Assembly (NCBI GenBank): GCA_037189525.1
Contig: JBBCJC010000005.1
Coordinates: 1,088,001 to 1,152,000 of the forward strand
Source: Gemmatimonadales bacterium
GTDB taxonomy: Bacteria; Gemmatimonadota; Gemmatimonadetes; Gemmatimonadales; GWC2-71-9
DNA length: 64,000 bases
Reading direction: 5' to 3'
Shown here one piece after another: positions 10,026 to 19,228 of the stretch. Within the stretch, counting starts at the first letter, position 1, and the number at the start of each line of letters is the position of its first letter. The position numbers and the translations under genes were made by a program. The notes below the pieces were generated by a model. It saw only the letters and a list, made by a program, of their open reading frames with translations. It did not search any database and was not told the DNA's origin.

Positions 10026-13000
10026 CTACTCGGGAACGGCTATCCGCACGGGTTGCACGGCGTTACCGGTCGACCCGTTGGCATGCCGCCCGCCCGCGGC
10101 CATGCCCCAGCAATAGAGGTCTCCCGCCGTCGTCACCCCGCAGGCGCCGGCATCGAAGCGTGACAGCTGCGCAAAGCGATGCGCACCGAGTACCGGCGCC
10201 GGCGACGGCTCCCGATCCGGGCGGCCGGTTCCGGTGTAAGGGCCAAACCCCCAGCAAAACGCCTGACCGTCGGCGTCGAGTGCGCAGCCGCCGGGCGTTG
10301 CGTTGACCCAGGTCCGCCCAGTGAGCATCACCTGCGGATTGTCGACGCGCCCGATCGCCCCGGTGGGCAGATCCAGGGAAGAGCCCCAGCACACCCCGGT
10401 TGCCTGCAGAGTCACCCCGCAGATCGCCTGATCCGACACCGAGATGGTGGTGAGACTCTGCGGACCGAACCGAGCCGTCGGCACGGCCGCATCCTCGCCC
10501 ACCGCTGTCGGCCGCCACCGATTCCCGGAGCCCCAGCAGTAGCCGCCTCCCTCGATGGTAACACCGCAGGTGAACCAGGCGCCGGCGCTGAGCGACTTCC
10601 AGATATGGCTTCCCACGACCCGTTGCGGCGAGAACTCCCGCGCGGAGAAGGTCCCGCTGCCCAGCTGTCCATCGGAATTGGCCCCCCAGCAGTAGGCCGA
10701 GCCGTTATCGGCCACGCCGCAGGTATGCCAGTTCCCCACCGTGATCGATTGGATCGGGGGCAGGCCGGGTACCCGCACCGGCGTCGCCTGGAAATCCGCT
10801 GTCGCGGCGGGACCGACCCCGCCGTTCAAGGAATTGCCCCAGCACCAGACTTCCCCGTTGACTGTGAGTCCGCAGGTGTGATCATGATCGGTGTCCACCT
10901 GGACCCACTGCTGGCCTCCGACGACCCGGGTCGGAGTTGGCACGATCTGGCTCAGCGTACCGATCCCGGCCTGGCCGTGCAGGTTGGGTCCCCAGCAATA
11001 GAGGGCTCGATCGTCCGTGATGCCGCAGACGGTGCTGCCTTGACTGACATGGGCCCAGCGACGGCCGAGCCTGGTCGAGGCGCGCGCGACCTTATGCCCG
11101 TCGGCGTCGATCAGCTCGACCTCGACGGTATTCATCGCCGCATTGAAGATCTGCTCGAGATACGGGCGGTCGAACGGCGTGGTGGTCTCGGTTGTGCCCA
11201 CCGTCCAGCGGTAGCGCATCGATGCGTCGCCGATGCCTCCGTTCTCGACCCGGAAGGTCACCGGCTGGGCAACCTGCGGCACGCTCGGCTCGACGGCTAG
11301 GGTGAATTCGACCCGTTCGGTATCGAGCCAGGTCCAGTCGATCGTCTTGGCCAGATCCACGTTGAGCGGTCGCCAGGTGTGCAGCAACCCGCCCGAGTAG
11401 CGCGCGATGGTCGGCATCCGAAACAGCGTCCCTTCGACACCGTCGTCCCGATCGTCGTTGACGAGGGTGCCCGTGGTGGTGAAGGCCGGGGTGAGGATCC
11501 GATCGGGATGAAAGGGACCACTCCGCTTGAACCCGCAGGAGGCGCAGCGGGTCCGCACGTAGAGAGATTCGCTCGCCGTCACCACCCGGTCCTCGAGTGC
11601 GCGCCAGACGGTATCGACCGGATCCCGATACTCCTTGATCAGCGCGGGGAACTGCCCATTCCCGATGGTGCCGTTCTCGTATGCCGCCCAGTAGCGCTCC
11701 ATGTCCGCCAGCGGCACCAGCGCCGACGCGCCCAGCAGGAACACCTGGGTATACGGCTCGAGCGGCTCATCGGCGCTCGAGCTGAAGTCGAACGGGGTCC
11801 AGGCGGTGCCATCGAACGAAAGCTGCCGGCCCAGCCCAGGCTCTTTGGTGCTCGAGACGCCGAACTTCCAGGCATTCATGTCGAAAGCGACGATCGATTG
11901 CGCCCCTCGCGACCGGCCACTCGGGTACACGGCAACGAGCCGAGGCAGCGGCTTCAGCCAGAGCGCCAGCGCGAGGGCTCGGGCCTGGTTGACCGCCCAA
12001 CTCTGACCGGCGGATGCGGCGGAGTCCATCAGGAAGGAGACGCGGTCGTTGACGACCGAGGTGTTATGGATGTCGGCGTGGATGACCGAGGCAAGCCGGA
12101 TGGCCCGGGCGTTGTCGTGGTTGAAATCGACGATCCGATCGTCGCGAGTGAACAGCGGCCCCTCGATGTGCTTCCTTCGCAGGAAGTGGTACAGGGCGGA
12201 GACGCTGGCGCCGGTCGAGTATCCGTGGGGCATCAGCCACGACCCCCGGTTTTCGAAGGGCCAGTCGTCGACCCGCGGCCGATATCCCGTGCTCACCGAC
12301 CCGCCCAGCGTTTCGAGCGGCACCGACACCATCACGACATCGGCGGATTCGGGCGCTTCGTTCGATGACCCGGCGCGGAGCGCCGCCGCCCCGGCCGGGA
12401 CCAGTTGCGCCCGCGCGGTATGGCGGGTCATCACGACGATGGTGCTGTCGGTCCGGCCCAGGAGCGGCAGCGGGTCCCAGGTCTCGGTGGCTGCATCGTA
12501 GTAGAAGGCCCCAACGGCCCGATCCGCCGCTACCCGGGCAGGCAGGGTAATCGTGAACGGTAGCGCAGCGTAACCCGTTTGCCCGTTGCTGAACCGAAGG
12601 GCGGAGCCCACTTGCTCCGCACCGGCGGGAAGTGTCGGAGTGAGGTTGGCCACGGTGGCCACCGTCCATCGGGTTGCCGTTGCAAAGGCGCCGGACGGCA
12701 CGGCGATACGAAGGCCATACGCGGCCGAGGCGGGATCCTCCACCGCCAGCACACCGCCACCGGGAGCGATCGCCACATCATCGAGAACCACCCGGACCGG
12801 GTTCGGAAGCGTGACGGTGATGGATGCGGAGGCGCTCTTGCTGCCATCGGCCACGCTGGTGGCAGTGACCGCGTAGTTCCCCGGGGTGGCGGGAGCGGTC
12901 CACACCATGGCGCCGGCGGTTCCCGCGAGAGTCCCTCCGGAGCTACTCCAGGTCACGGCAGTATTGGTTGCGTTGACGACCGTCGCCGTGAACTGCTGAG

Positions 13001-13169
13001 TCTCTCCGGCCTCGACGGTGGCGGTGGTCGGCATCACCGAGATCGCAACCGCCGCAGGAGGCGGGGGCGGTGGAGGCGGAGCAACCGGCTCGGTTCCCCC
13101 ACAGGCAGCCAGGACGGCGCCAAGGGCCGGCACAATCGAGCGCGCGGCCAAACGACGACAGAAATCCAT
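10026..13169 (-). CDS. Large lipoprotein with Ig-like (Big) domain and C-terminal RCC1-like beta-propeller repeats
   Basis: Lipobox LAAC, Pro linker, Ig-like 'TATVEAGETQQFTATV...VTWS', about seven repeats of HTCG...G.xYCWG.N..GQLG. RBS weak. Confidence 0.8.
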   Translation of the reverse strand: MDFCRRLAARSIVPALGAVLAACGGTEPVAPPPPPPPPAAVAISVMPTTATVEAGETQQFTATVVNATNTAVTWSSSGGTLAGTAGAMVWTAPATPGNYAVTATSVADGSKSASASITVTLPNPVRVVLDDVAIAPGGGVLAVEDPASAAYGLRIAVPSGAFATATRWTVATVANLTPTLPAGAEQVGSALRFSNGQTGYAALPFTITLPARVAADRAVGAFYYDAATETWDPLPLLGRTDSTIVVMTRHTARAQLVPAGAAALRAGSSNEAPESADVVMVSVPLETLGGSVSTGYRPRVDDWPFENRGSWLMPHGYSTGASVSALYHFLRRKHIEGPLFTRDDRIVDFNHDNARAIRLASVIHADIHNTSVVNDRVSFLMDSAASAGQSWAVNQARALALALWLKPLPRLVAVYPSGRSRGAQSIVAFDMNAWKFGVSSTKEPGLGRQLSFDGTAWTPFDFSSSADEPLEPYTQVFLLGASALVPLADMERYWAAYENGTIGNGQFPALIKEYRDPVDTVWRALEDRVVTASESLYVRTRCASCGFKRSGPFHPDRILTPAFTTTGTLVNDDRDDGVEGTLFRMPTIARYSGGLLHTWRPLNVDLAKTIDWTWLDTERVEFTLAVEPSVPQVAQPVTFRVENGGIGDASMRYRWTVGTTETTTPFDRPYLEQIFNAAMNTVEVELIDADGHKVARASTRLGRRWAHVSQGSTVCGITDDRALYCWGPNLHGQAGIGTLSQIVPTPTRVVGGQQWVQVDTDHDHTCGLTVNGEVWCWGNSLNGGVGPAATADFQATPVRVPGLPPIQSITVGNWHTCGVADNGSAYCWGANSDGQLGSGTFSAREFSPQRVVGSHIWKSLSAGAWFTCGVTIEGGGYCWGSGNRWRPTAVGEDAAVPTARFGPQSLTTISVSDQAICGVTLQATGVCWGSSLDLPTGAIGRVDNPQVMLTGRTWVNATPGGCALDADGQAFCWGFGPYTGTGRPDREPSPAPVLGAHRFAQLSRFDAGACGVTTAGDLYCWGMAAGGRHANGSTGNAVQPVRIAVPE

Positions 13170-13398
13170 GAGGAGCCCCTACACGTTAGCCCGGTGATGA
13201 GAGGCGCAAACCGGGCTCGCGAGGGATCATGCGACTTGCCCCTCGGCGCTGCCGCCGACCGGCAGGGCCGAGTATCAAGGCAAGCGAATCGTCCTGGGAA
13301 AACCATGGGATATCGATGCCACGAGTGGCCGGATGACGATGCCCCCGCGGGTATGCCCGACGCCGGGGGAGGAAGGAAGCCCTTCCCCGGCATCGCTG

Positions 13399-14130
13399 TT
13401 ACTTGGGCTTCTTCCCGGGTCGGCTGTCCCGCAGTGGCGCCGATGGCTGGAACGCCACCTCATCCGTCTCCGTCGTCGTCTCGCGGCGTGACGCCGTCAT
13501 GGTCTCGGAGTCGGCAGTTTTATCGCCGCGCTTAGCGGCCTTGCCGGACTTGCCGCGCGCCGCTGAGCGGGACGACCCGGCGCTCGAGTCAGCCTCCTCG
13601 TCCTCGTCCATTTCTTCGTCGTCATCCTCATCCTGATCGGCGACCGACTCGGCTTCCTGATTGATCGTCGCCGCCAGCGCGGTCAATGCTTCATCGGTGG
13701 CCGCTTCCTCGTCGAGCGTCTGCTGCAACACCGCGGCGTGATCCTCATATCCGAGGTGTTGGGCCCAGGTGCGCGCAGTCCCATACCCGGCAATTTCGTA
13801 GTGTTCGACCCGCTGCGCCGCCGCGATGAGCCCTGCATCGAGAACGTCACCTTCGAAGTCTTCGCCGAGCAGTTCCTTGCCCTCGGAGATGAGACCCTCC
13901 ATACCGACACACTTTTTCCCGCGCGGCGAGACATCCAGCGCCTCGCAGATATCTTCGAGCCGTTTGACGTGCTCCCCCGTCTGGCGCTCGTGCGCGGTAA
14001 ACGCCTTCCGAAGCTTCGGCGCAGTTGCGGCCTTGGCCATCCGGGGGAGCATCGTCAACAGTTGCTTTTCCGCGCTCCAGAGATCTCGCAGTTCGTCCAC
14101 AAAGAGGTCATGGAATGATTCGCGTGGCAT
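13399..14130 (-). CDS. Ferritin-like DUF892 (YciE/YciF family) protein with acidic C-terminal tail
   Basis: DELRDLWSAEKQL, HERQTGEHVKRLE, CVGMEGLISEG, AAQRVEHYEIAGYGT, TLDEEAATD; GGTGGAG upstream of ATG 14130. Confidence 0.92.
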   Translation of the reverse strand: MPRESFHDLFVDELRDLWSAEKQLLTMLPRMAKAATAPKLRKAFTAHERQTGEHVKRLEDICEALDVSPRGKKCVGMEGLISEGKELLGEDFEGDVLDAGLIAAAQRVEHYEIAGYGTARTWAQHLGYEDHAAVLQQTLDEEAATDEALTALAATINQEAESVADQDEDDDEEMDEDEEADSSAGSSRSAARGKSGKAAKRGDKTADSETMTASRRETTTETDEVAFQPSAPLRDSRPGKKPK

Positions 14131-14234
14131 ACACGGTACTCCACCTTTCCAGGCTACGGTGAATGATTGCGTACGATGTCTATACCAGCTGGCCGCGGCA
14201 GGCGGGCATGCGACGCCACCCGCCTGCCCGCGAC

Positions 14235-14582
14235 TCACCGTGGATCGTGCGGCGTCAGGATATCCTCGAGCCGGTCGTCACGCGACAGCAGGTCATCCTC
14301 CGGGAAATCCGTTGCATTCTTCGTCGTTCGGTCCTTCGGATCGGATGACTCATCACGCCGTCCCGGGTTGGTGGGCCGATTCGGATCGTTGGGGCGATTC
14401 GGATCGTTCGGCCGGCTCGGATCGTTGGGTCGATTCGGATCGTTGGGACGGCTCGGGTCGTTGGGCCGGCTCGGGTCGTTGGGACGGTTCGGATCGTTCG
14501 GCCGGTTCGGGTCGTTGGGCCGATTCGGATCAGTCGTACGGTTCGAGGACGGGGTCCGTTCACGTGCTGTTTCGTTTGCCAT
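14235..14582 (-). CDS. Small low-complexity protein with nine DP[N/S]RP[N/T] repeats
   Basis: GGAGG RBS before the ATG; variation between repeat units is mostly synonymous in this frame; co-oriented upstream of the DUF892 gene. Confidence 0.7.
   Translation of the reverse strand: MANETARERTPSSNRTTDPNRPNDPNRPNDPNRPNDPSRPNDPSRPNDPNRPNDPSRPNDPNRPNDPNRPTNPGRRDESSDPKDRTTKNATDFPEDDLLSRDDRLEDILTPHDPR
14370..14531. repeat. 18-bp tandem repeat, 9 copies (encodes DP[N/S]RPN)
   Basis: Units such as GTTGGGCCGATTCGGATC recur in tandem with point variants. Confidence 0.95.
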
Positions 14583-14860
14583 GGGCGCCTCCGATCGCAG
14601 GTATCGAGCTCTCTCCGCAGCGCAGTCGCGGTGCAGTACTTGGGAGACGCCACCAATACACTACGAGAGTACACTTGCTTGGTACGCATACGCCGTGACC
14701 GGAAACCGGAGTTGGGTATGTCTAAGAATTGCGCACAATTTGATAGAAGCTTTGACACCTGCGGTGCGTGGTGTCGCAATTGCGGCGCAACTCCGTCATA
14801 GCTTGTGAGCCCCCGCGACACAGGGCCGCTTTCCACTGATCCGCTTGAACCGGAGGTCCC

Positions 14861-15061
14861 ATGCACGACATGACTCCTGAAACGGCTGCCCGGCCGAGCC
14901 TCCGCATCCGGCTCAGGATCATTGCAAGCGTCGCGGCGAGCGTGGCCGTGCTCGCCCTTGCGGTGCGGTGGTATGAGGGACGCCGGCGACGAATCGACCG
15001 GCCCCGATTGCGCAACGAGCCTGAGCCCGAGCCGAGGCCACCCTCGACCCCGGAAGATTGA
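14861..15061 (+). CDS. Small single-pass membrane protein (hypothetical)
   Basis: GGAGG RBS before ATG 14861; hydrophobic IIASVAASVAVLALAV followed by a basic, Pro-rich tail. Confidence 0.5.
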   Translation: MHDMTPETAARPSLRIRLRIIASVAASVAVLALAVRWYEGRRRRIDRPRLRNEPEPEPRPPSTPED

Positions 15062-15076
15062 CCGCCTGCGAGAGGC

Positions 15077-15598
15077 CTATCCTACAGGTTCAGGTCTCTC
15101 CCCTGAGATCATCTCAGCACCGGGTTCGATCAATGCCTCCATCATCGTCTCCAGAGTTTCGAGCACCGAGGCTTCCTCGTTCCAGATATCCTCCAAAAGC
15201 GCAACCTGGTCCGAATAGCCCAGGGCGAGGGCGTGGCTCCGGGCGGTTGCGTACCTGGTGACCTTGTAATGAGCGATCTGATGGACCACGGCCACCAGAG
15301 CCGCATCCATGACGTGGTCACGATAATCATCGGCGAGGACCGCATTGGCACGAGCGATGAGACCGTCCATCCCGGCACAACGCCTGACCCGGACCGGTTC
15401 CCCCAATTCTTCGCCGATCCGCTCGAGCCGCCGAACGTGGTGATCGAGTTGGCGGGAGTGGTCGATCAGGACCTGCCGGAGCAACGGAGCAGTCGCCTTT
15501 CGCGCCATCCGGGACAACGGCACCACCAAACGTTTCTCGGCGCTCCAAAGGTGCAGCAAATCATCGACGTACATGATCCGAAGCAGTTCGCGGGGCAT
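15077..15598 (-). CDS. Divergent DUF892 ferritin-like paralogue
   Basis: Collinear with 13399..14130 (MPRE, LWSAEK, RMAxKATAP, RLE, CxGMxGLI, DAxL, HY, EEA) but several acidic ligands are substituted. Confidence 0.8.
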   Translation of the reverse strand: MPRELLRIMYVDDLLHLWSAEKRLVVPLSRMARKATAPLLRQVLIDHSRQLDHHVRRLERIGEELGEPVRVRRCAGMDGLIARANAVLADDYRDHVMDAALVAVVHQIAHYKVTRYATARSHALALGYSDQVALLEDIWNEEASVLETLETMMEALIEPGAEMISGERPEPVG

Positions 15599-16015
15599 GT
15601 GGTTCTCGATTCTTCTTTATGAGGCAATTCCTGCAGATGCAGGGCTATAAGAGCCATCGTGGTGCGCGATGATAAAAACCAGACGCCCCCTGCTCGTTTA
15701 CCTACACAAAACCCGAGTAAACCCCGCAGTCATGGTGAAGGATCGTTCACCTGAAGCGTCCAGCCCGGCCGGCGGGCGAAGAAAGTCAATTCGGGCGAGG
15801 TCATATGGCGGAGGACGTTGCGGGGATCTACCTTCACGCTGGAGGCAGGGTCAGGATGACTTTCGATCACCCCTGCCTCCCGTGGCGGGGGCGGACCAGG
15901 CTGCTGCTCGGTTAGAGCGGAGCTCATCCGCGTTCCCTCAATGCAGTACGCTGCAGCGACGCCTCACCCCGCCCCGCTGCGCGATCGAGTCCTAATGATT
16001 CATAGTAGGAGCCCT

Positions 16016-17833
16016 ATGTGTCAGAGACTCGCATGTTCGGCGCTCATTGCCGCTGCGCTCGCCGGGCCACTCGGCGCCCAGACGATCCGCGTCCAGACGG
16101 TCGAGACTGAGACCCGCCGCGCCATCGCAGGCGCCCTGGTCACCCTGCTGGACGATGCGGGACAGCGTGTAACCCAAGGCCTCACCACCGACGCCGGCTG
16201 GGTGAGGCTCGTCGCGCCGAGACCAGGCACCTACCGGCTGCGTGCCGACCGGATCGGTCACGCGGGCATCCTCGGCGAGCCGCTCTCGCTCCGCGACTCT
16301 CTCACCATCGTCCTGAGCATGCCGACCGAGCGCGTGCTCCTGCCCGAGGTGACGGTCGCCGGCGAGTCGCGCTGTGATCGCGTCGCGGAGGGGGCGGTCA
16401 CCGCAGCGCTCTGGGAGGAGGTACGGAAGGGCCTGAGCGCCAATCAGCTCACCATCGCGGCGCAGGCCACGCCGCTCAGCGTCCGTCAGTTCCGGCGATA
16501 CCGTACCTTGCGAGGAACCGTCCGAGCCGACAGCACGTTCGCCGAGTTCACCACCCTCGAATCGCCCTTCATTGGCCCCGACCCCGAAACGTTGCGGACG
16601 CAGGGATTCGTCCATGAAATCGACGGACAGTTTCGTTTCGTGGCGCCCGACGCGCAGGCATTGCTCTCGGAGGCTTTCCTCGAAGAGCACTGCTTCCAGA
16701 TCGTGCGCGACGAGCGGCGGCAGCCAAACCTGATCGGACTCGGCTTCCAGCCGGTGCGCGATCGACGCCTCCCGGAAATCCGCGGCGTGCTCTGGGTCGA
16801 TCGCGGCTCAGCCGAGTTGCGGCATCTCGAGTTCGACTACGTCAATGTGCCGGCGCCGGTCCGTGCCGCAGGGCTCGGCGGACGGCTCGAGTTCGAGCGC
16901 CTGACGAGCGGGGCCTGGATCATCCGTGACTGGTATATCCGGATTCCGCATCGCGTCCGGATCGAGCAACGCGTCGGTTACCGGGGCGTGTCGCAGCGCG
17001 ACTCGGTGATCGGTTTCATCGATCAGGGCGGGATCGTACGCGTCGATGGTGACGCATCGATCGCCCTGGGCGAGGTGGCGGCCCGGACCGTTCAGACCAC
17101 GAAGCGGGTCGTTTCCCTCCGAGGTCGGGTGGTTTCCTCCGATGGGGAGCCGCTCGAAGGCGCGCGCATCGCGGTGGACGGACTCGACTCGGTTCTCGCC
17201 ACCGACCGGGCGGGCGCCTTTCACCTGGCCGATCATCCGCCGGGCACCGTACGCCTCGTCATCTCGGCGATTGGCCACGTACCCGGGAGATTTGGGATCA
17301 CGCTTCGCGACGAGCGCCTGCTGGTCGATACCGTTTTCGCGCTCGAGCGCGCTGCGCAGCGGCTCGACTCGATCGTCGTGGCGGAGTCGGCGCAGCCCTT
17401 CCGTTCGGCGGGGACGCTGGAGTTCGAGCGCCGGCGCGCCATGGGGTTCGGCTCCTTCCTGACCCGGCAGGAGCTGAATCAGTGGGGACCGACGCCCGTG
17501 TCCGCGTCGATCCGCGTGCTCGGCGGTTTTCGCCTGATGCCGCGATCGCTCAAATGCGGAGGGGGCTTCGCACTGGCGTCGGGGCGCGGGCTCAACGCAG
17601 CCGGAGGGGGCGATGAATGTGTCGATACCGCTTGCTATGTCGCCGTCTATGTGAACGGGTCCCAGATCTGGACGCCCGGCATGGGGGCCCCACCCGACAT
17701 CGAGCGGTATCTCGCAAGCGAGCTGGATGCGGTGGAAATCTATCGGGGGGCGGGCCAGTTACCGCCTGAGCTCCAATCGACGGGCGCCGCATGCGGAGCT
17801 ATCGTGCTCTGGACACGCACCAGTAATCACTGA
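16016..17833 (+). CDS. Secreted protein with two carboxypeptidase-regulatory-like domains and a C-terminal TonB-plug-like domain
   Basis: AGGAG RBS, signal peptide ending in AQ, 'AIAGALVTL...T...G...PGTYRLRADRIG', 'GRVVSSDGEPLEGARI', terminal 'DAVEIYRG...CGAIVLWTR'; no beta-barrel. Confidence 0.72.
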   Translation: MCQRLACSALIAAALAGPLGAQTIRVQTVETETRRAIAGALVTLLDDAGQRVTQGLTTDAGWVRLVAPRPGTYRLRADRIGHAGILGEPLSLRDSLTIVLSMPTERVLLPEVTVAGESRCDRVAEGAVTAALWEEVRKGLSANQLTIAAQATPLSVRQFRRYRTLRGTVRADSTFAEFTTLESPFIGPDPETLRTQGFVHEIDGQFRFVAPDAQALLSEAFLEEHCFQIVRDERRQPNLIGLGFQPVRDRRLPEIRGVLWVDRGSAELRHLEFDYVNVPAPVRAAGLGGRLEFERLTSGAWIIRDWYIRIPHRVRIEQRVGYRGVSQRDSVIGFIDQGGIVRVDGDASIALGEVAARTVQTTKRVVSLRGRVVSSDGEPLEGARIAVDGLDSVLATDRAGAFHLADHPPGTVRLVISAIGHVPGRFGITLRDERLLVDTVFALERAAQRLDSIVVAESAQPFRSAGTLEFERRRAMGFGSFLTRQELNQWGPTPVSASIRVLGGFRLMPRSLKCGGGFALASGRGLNAAGGGDECVDTACYVAVYVNGSQIWTPGMGAPPDIERYLASELDAVEIYRGAGQLPPELQSTGAACGAIVLWTRTSNH

Positions 17834-18046
17834 ATCCGCGATATCAGGACAGGGCCTCGGAGCCCTGCTCCGGTGCGTCGTCCCCTCATACCGCCGAGGT
17901 GCGTGCACATAGCTGCTTCGCGCCGGCTTCCTGACCTGATTCTTGGGTGACTGCACTCGCCCACTCAGGCCGGACTTGGCCGCCAATCGTATATTTGCAC
18001 CGGGTAATCGATCTGCCACCTGCACACCATGAAAGACCCACACCCC

Positions 18047-18382
18047 ATGAGCGCCTATGTCGTCGGACTGGTCGAGATCACCGACCCTGAGCAGTACCGG
18101 GAATACATGAAGCACACCCCGCGCCTGATCCATCAGTTCGGGGGGCGGTTCATTGCCCGCGGCGGCGAGATGGTGACGCTGGAGGGTGAGGCGTTACCGC
18201 GGATGGTTTTGATCGAGTTCCCGTCGCTCGATCAGGCGCGGGCGTTCTACGATTCGCCGGAGTACGTTCGCGCTCGCCAGCTGCGGCAGGGAGCGGGGCA
18301 CCTTCGTCTCACGGCCGTCGAGGGGTATTCGGCCGACGCGTGGAACGAGGCGGTCGAGGAAAGCTCGCGACATTCTATCTGA
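18047..18382 (+). CDS. DUF1330 domain protein
   Basis: AYVV..EITDPEQYREY...FGGRFIARGG...LEG...VLIEFPSLDQARAFYDSPEY pattern. Confidence 0.88.
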   Translation: MSAYVVGLVEITDPEQYREYMKHTPRLIHQFGGRFIARGGEMVTLEGEALPRMVLIEFPSLDQARAFYDSPEYVRARQLRQGAGHLRLTAVEGYSADAWNEAVEESSRHSI

Positions 18383-18532
18383 CAGTAGTGGAGGCGTTGC
18401 GGCGCACATTCGCTAGCGGCAGGGCCATCGGATCGTACCGGGCCAGACAAGGTGATACTACGCACGCGACGACCCGGCCGAGTACTTCTCGACCGGGTCG
18501 TCAGTCCGCTGCCATCGATGATCCGGCGCGAC

Positions 18533-19228
18533 TCATGCCGCCCGATCCTCGGTGCCGGTAACCGGCGGCGTGATACCGGTGTCCCGCGTCTTGCTGCGGA
18601 ACGGACCCAGCACGTTACGCGCACCTACCCAGGCGCCTAACGGCTCCGCATCGCCGGCAAAGCGGGTCCGGTTGATCACGTCCATCAATCCGACCAGTTC
18701 CATGATCTCCGCAGTGACCTCGAACAGCTTGGCTCGGGCGCCCATGTGCTCTCGTCGGCCGGCGTTGGCGCGTTCGGTGGCGGCCTCGAACCGGTTGAGG
18801 GCGTCGGTCACCAGGTCGAGGTGATCGGCGGAGAGGCCGTGCCTTCTCAGCAACTCCTGGTGCTCCCGGGCGGCGGTAACGAGATCCCAGCCCCGGGCCA
18901 GAAACGCTGCATGGGACATGCGTCGTCCCGGCATCCGGAACCGGCCCGCGATATCCGGATTCTCGCGGGCAGCCAGGTCGGCCACCTTGCGAAGGTACCG
19001 GATCATCGCGACCTCGATATCCTGGCGCACCTGTCGGCGACGCCGGGTGGCTGTGGCCGAGCCCAAACGGCCGGATTGTTCCTGCACGGCGAGCGACTGC
19101 GCCCGGGTGACCAGGTCACCGAAGCGGGCGCCGATGGCCAGGTGGCTCGGGTCCGTGAAGGGGTGGGCAGTGAGAAAGTCACGAACCCGAACGGCCATCT
19201 CCAGTTTCCTGCGCGCGCTGCTCAACAT
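18533..19228 (-). CDS. Hypothetical all-alpha-helical, Arg/Ala-rich protein (231 aa)
   Basis: AGGAG RBS before ATG 19228 (MLSSARRKLEMAVRVRDFL...). The longer upstream extension in the ORF track is low-complexity Pro/Ser text and probably not translated. Confidence 0.75.
   Translation of the reverse strand: MLSSARRKLEMAVRVRDFLTAHPFTDPSHLAIGARFGDLVTRAQSLAVQEQSGRLGSATATRRRRQVRQDIEVAMIRYLRKVADLAARENPDIAGRFRMPGRRMSHAAFLARGWDLVTAAREHQELLRRHGLSADHLDLVTDALNRFEAATERANAGRREHMGARAKLFEVTAEIMELVGLMDVINRTRFAGDAEPLGAWVGARNVLGPFRSKTRDTGITPPVTGTEDRAA

Noticed and set aside
9985..13191. GCCTAAC (9985) and GTTAGCC (13185) as cassette ends of the RCC1 gene
   Set aside because: Their orientation is the reverse of that expected for a cassette, and the first is simply the stop codon of the UvrC-like gene.
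14370..14531. CRISPR array
   Set aside because: Contiguous 18-bp units without spacers; no cas genes in the window.
14167..14808. Plus-strand ORF with GRFGSL repeats
   Set aside because: Antisense reading of the DPNRPN repeat; the minus frame has a GGAGG RBS and fewer non-synonymous differences between units.
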